Assembly (NCBI RefSeq): GCF_006345805.1
Contig: NC_043009.1
Span: 61,628,001 to 61,692,000, forward strand
DNA: 64,000 bases
From: Octopus sinensis
Lineage: Eukaryota
Reading direction: 5' to 3'
Shown: piece after piece, positions 62,482 to 64,000 of the stretch
Layout of the letters: every line of letters begins with the position of its first letter
Position numbering within the stretch: the stretch's first letter is position 1
Position numbers and translations under genes: made by a program
Notes under the pieces: generated by a model
Database searches by the model: none
The model's input: the letters and a program-made list of their open reading frames with translations, nothing else
Told to the model about the DNA's origin: nothing

Positions 62482-63861
62482 CATAAAATTAAAATAAAAG
62501 AAAGAACGAATCTGAACTTACTTTTAGAATGAGTTTTTCAAAGAAGACATATGCTTGGGCCACAATCCACATGTCAGCATTACACTAAGGAATAACAACA
62601 AATGGAAAAAAAAATTCAGTGAAGAAATAAACATGTTTTATCAGATTTTCAATTCAATGTTTCTACCTGGTGGAGACAAGACAACTATAATGGTAATCTA
62701 GTGAAATCTCCGGGCAGCGCTTGGATAATGTCTAAATCTTTAGTTAAAACAGCAGCAAGGAGATTAAATATTCAGCTGAAACAGCTAATCATCTACATTT
62801 CCAGCTAAAACTGCATTAATATAACTAGAAACAGTTGTAATTTGGTCAAATCAGTGGTTCTCAACCATTTTTGATTCCTATTTTACTTGGGGGAGTGGGG
62901 CAGATGACCCTCAGAGCCATTTGATGTCTGAAGACTCCTATCATATTTTTATAATTAAATATTACTAGGAACTGTATAAAGAATTGTTAAGATATTCTGT
63001 GTATTGTAGAAGTATAACAAGTTTATTTCACAACAAAATCTTATGTGGACCTCCCCCTGCCCAGGGCCATATGAACCTCCAAGGGCCAAATGGACTCCAG
63101 TTGAAAACCACTGGATTAAACCCTCAGTTAAAACCGTTGTAATTTGGTTAAATCTTCAATGTTAATTTGACTAAATGTTCAACTAAGTCTTTAGTTAAAA
63201 CTAGTATGTTGTCCAAATCTTCAGCTAGAACAGAAATAATATACTAAAACCTTCAGTTAAAATAATAGTAATCTATCTAAGCATTCAATTAAAATAAGGG
63301 CAATTGTTTACATTTTCTGTTAAAATGGGAAACTTGTCAAAATCTGAAGCTTAAATTGTGGTATTATGTCCAAACGTTCAGTTAAAACAGTGATGATTTG
63401 TTGATGCATTCAGTGAACCATCTTACAAACAATAACTCTGAGCACCTTTTCAAACTCCACCTGTCTAACACCCATGGACATGTTTACAAAGTCAGAAAAC
63501 AGCACAGCTCCCATGACTTTCGGAAACATTTTTTCATGCTAAGAGTTGCTGAAGTATGGAACAAACTGCCAGCATCAGTTGTTAGTAGTCAGAGCACTGC
63601 ATCTTTCAAAACTTCCATGCTTCCTGAGATTCGCCAATGCTACACCTGATTTTCTCCCCTCCATACACACGCAAGCATGTATCTGACTCATACACTGTTC
63701 ACTTTCCAGACATTTGTACATTACTGCATATGCTTTATACGCACTTTTGACAAGTTGTGGTGCACCTGAGCACTGTATACAATAATTTCATTATTATTAT
63801 TATTACTATTAAAATATTACTTACTTTGGTGTGTGCTATTATTTTCATCTGTTTCTTCAAA
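57460..63861 (-). CDS. CABLES1: CDK5 and ABL1 enzyme substrate (CABLES1/2-like), 3' part: complement(join(57460-57600,59737-59841,62522-62584,63825-63861)); continues beyond window
   Basis: Spliced peptide is (S)[114 protein letters not shown]. It matches the CABLES cyclin-box C-terminus ([32 protein letters not shown]...ELIAFEF...PHYRRL). Confidence 0.95.
57660..58350 (-). mobile_element. Head-to-tail cluster of ~3 tRNA-SINE copies
   Basis: Repeated GGCACAAGGCC...GAAAGGATGAAAGGCAAAGT(C/T)GACCTC...GAATTTGAACTCA units separated by (TAA)n. Confidence 0.8.
59425..59580. repeat. AT-rich inverted repeat between (TA)n tracts
   Basis: AAATTAGG..AAAAGCACCTTTTATCAATTCAATAATGAAAAATT vs AATTTTTCATTATTGAATTGATAAAAGGTATTTT..CTAATTT. 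Confidence 0.75.
59737..59841 (-). CDS. CABLES1: CABLES exon ([13 protein letters not shown]...KLIQ)
   Basis: cttctccacAG|CAC...CAA|GTTAGT; 105 nt. Confidence 0.95.
59994..60215. mobile_element. piggyBac-type MITE
   Basis: TTAA|CCCTTTCGTTACCA ... TGGTAACGAAAGGG|TTAA: a perfect 14-bp TIR with TTAA TSD. Confidence 0.85.
60495..62125 (-). mobile_element. Head-to-tail array of ~8 diverged tRNA-SINE copies
   Basis: The same-orientation unit ending in TTTGAACTCAGAA (reverse B box) recurs every ~200 bp with (TAA)n spacers. Confidence 0.8.
62323..62360 (+). ncRNA. Hammerhead-like motif (Penelope minimal type) within a small (TA)n-flanked element ~62270-62446
   Basis: TCTTT-CTGTAGAA-GAGC-ATAG-GCTC-GAA-ACGT-A-AAAGA: 5-bp stem I, 4-bp stem II, palindromic ACGT stem III and a GUA triplet. 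The core deviates (A6->U plus an extra A). Confidence 0.45.
62522..62584 (-). CDS. CABLES1: CABLES exon ([21 protein letters not shown])
   Basis: ttccttAG|TGT...AAA|GTAAG; 63 nt. Confidence 0.94.
62852..63113. mobile_element. hAT-type MITE inserted in a degenerate ~33-bp minisatellite (~62700-63390)
   Basis: TIRs CAGTGGTTCTCAAC / GTTGAAAACCACTG; flanking AAATCTTCAGTTAAAAC repeats on both sides. Confidence 0.7.
63405..63810 (+). mobile_element. CR1-like LINE 3' end with (TTA)n tail
   Basis: [39 protein letters not shown]...SFK is the CR1 ORF2 C-terminal motif (TRGH..KL...R.FF..RV...WN.LP..VV). Confidence 0.85.
63825..63861 (-). CDS. CABLES1: CABLES exon ([13 protein letters not shown])
   Basis: tattttacAG|T TTG...AAA|GTAAG; 37 nt; aligns to CABLES SLKREMRKLAQED. 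Confidence 0.88.
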
Positions 63862-64000
63862 CTGTAAAATAAACAAATTCAACAATAGTAAGAAAATCTG
63901 TGGAGTGGTGAACGACAGAAAGTTATCAAAGAAGTCCCCTGCCTCCATGCAAGTGTTTTGGTCCTTAACTTCTTACAGTTTAAGGGGGCCTAGCCAGTGG

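Overview
AT-rich, microsatellite- and SINE-dense animal DNA. The repeat landscape resembles a coleoid cephalopod (Octopus-like); this is inferred, not proven. None of the listed six-frame ORFs is a complete gene, and the real genes are split into short exons. (1) The 3' end of an unidentified + strand gene lies at 4527-6370 (basic/acidic tail, possibly Brahma/SMARCA-like), followed by a probable ~4 kb 3'UTR. (2) A complete 6-exon FKBP12-type prolyl isomerase gene (+, 19390-42298, 117 aa) has a 23-nt microexon, and its last intron is a minor-spliceosome (U12) AT-AC intron. An overlapping in-frame GT-AG alternative is possible (twintron-like). (3) The last four exons of a CABLES gene lie on the - strand (63861-57460), with a probable ~8 kb 3'UTR. 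The rest is transposon debris: tRNA-SINEs, RTE/CR1/RLE LINEs, Penelope RT and GIY-YIG remnants, mariner/piggyBac/hAT MITEs and Helitron-type elements. The most unusual signal is a set of small foldback elements, mostly in (TA)n tracts, carrying Penelope-type minimal hammerhead ribozyme motifs with non-canonical cores. One fully pairable U3-A8 variant (51600-51641, - strand) is sense to CABLES inside its putative 3'UTR. An 829-bp near-identical tandem duplication contains degenerate 5S rRNA copies.
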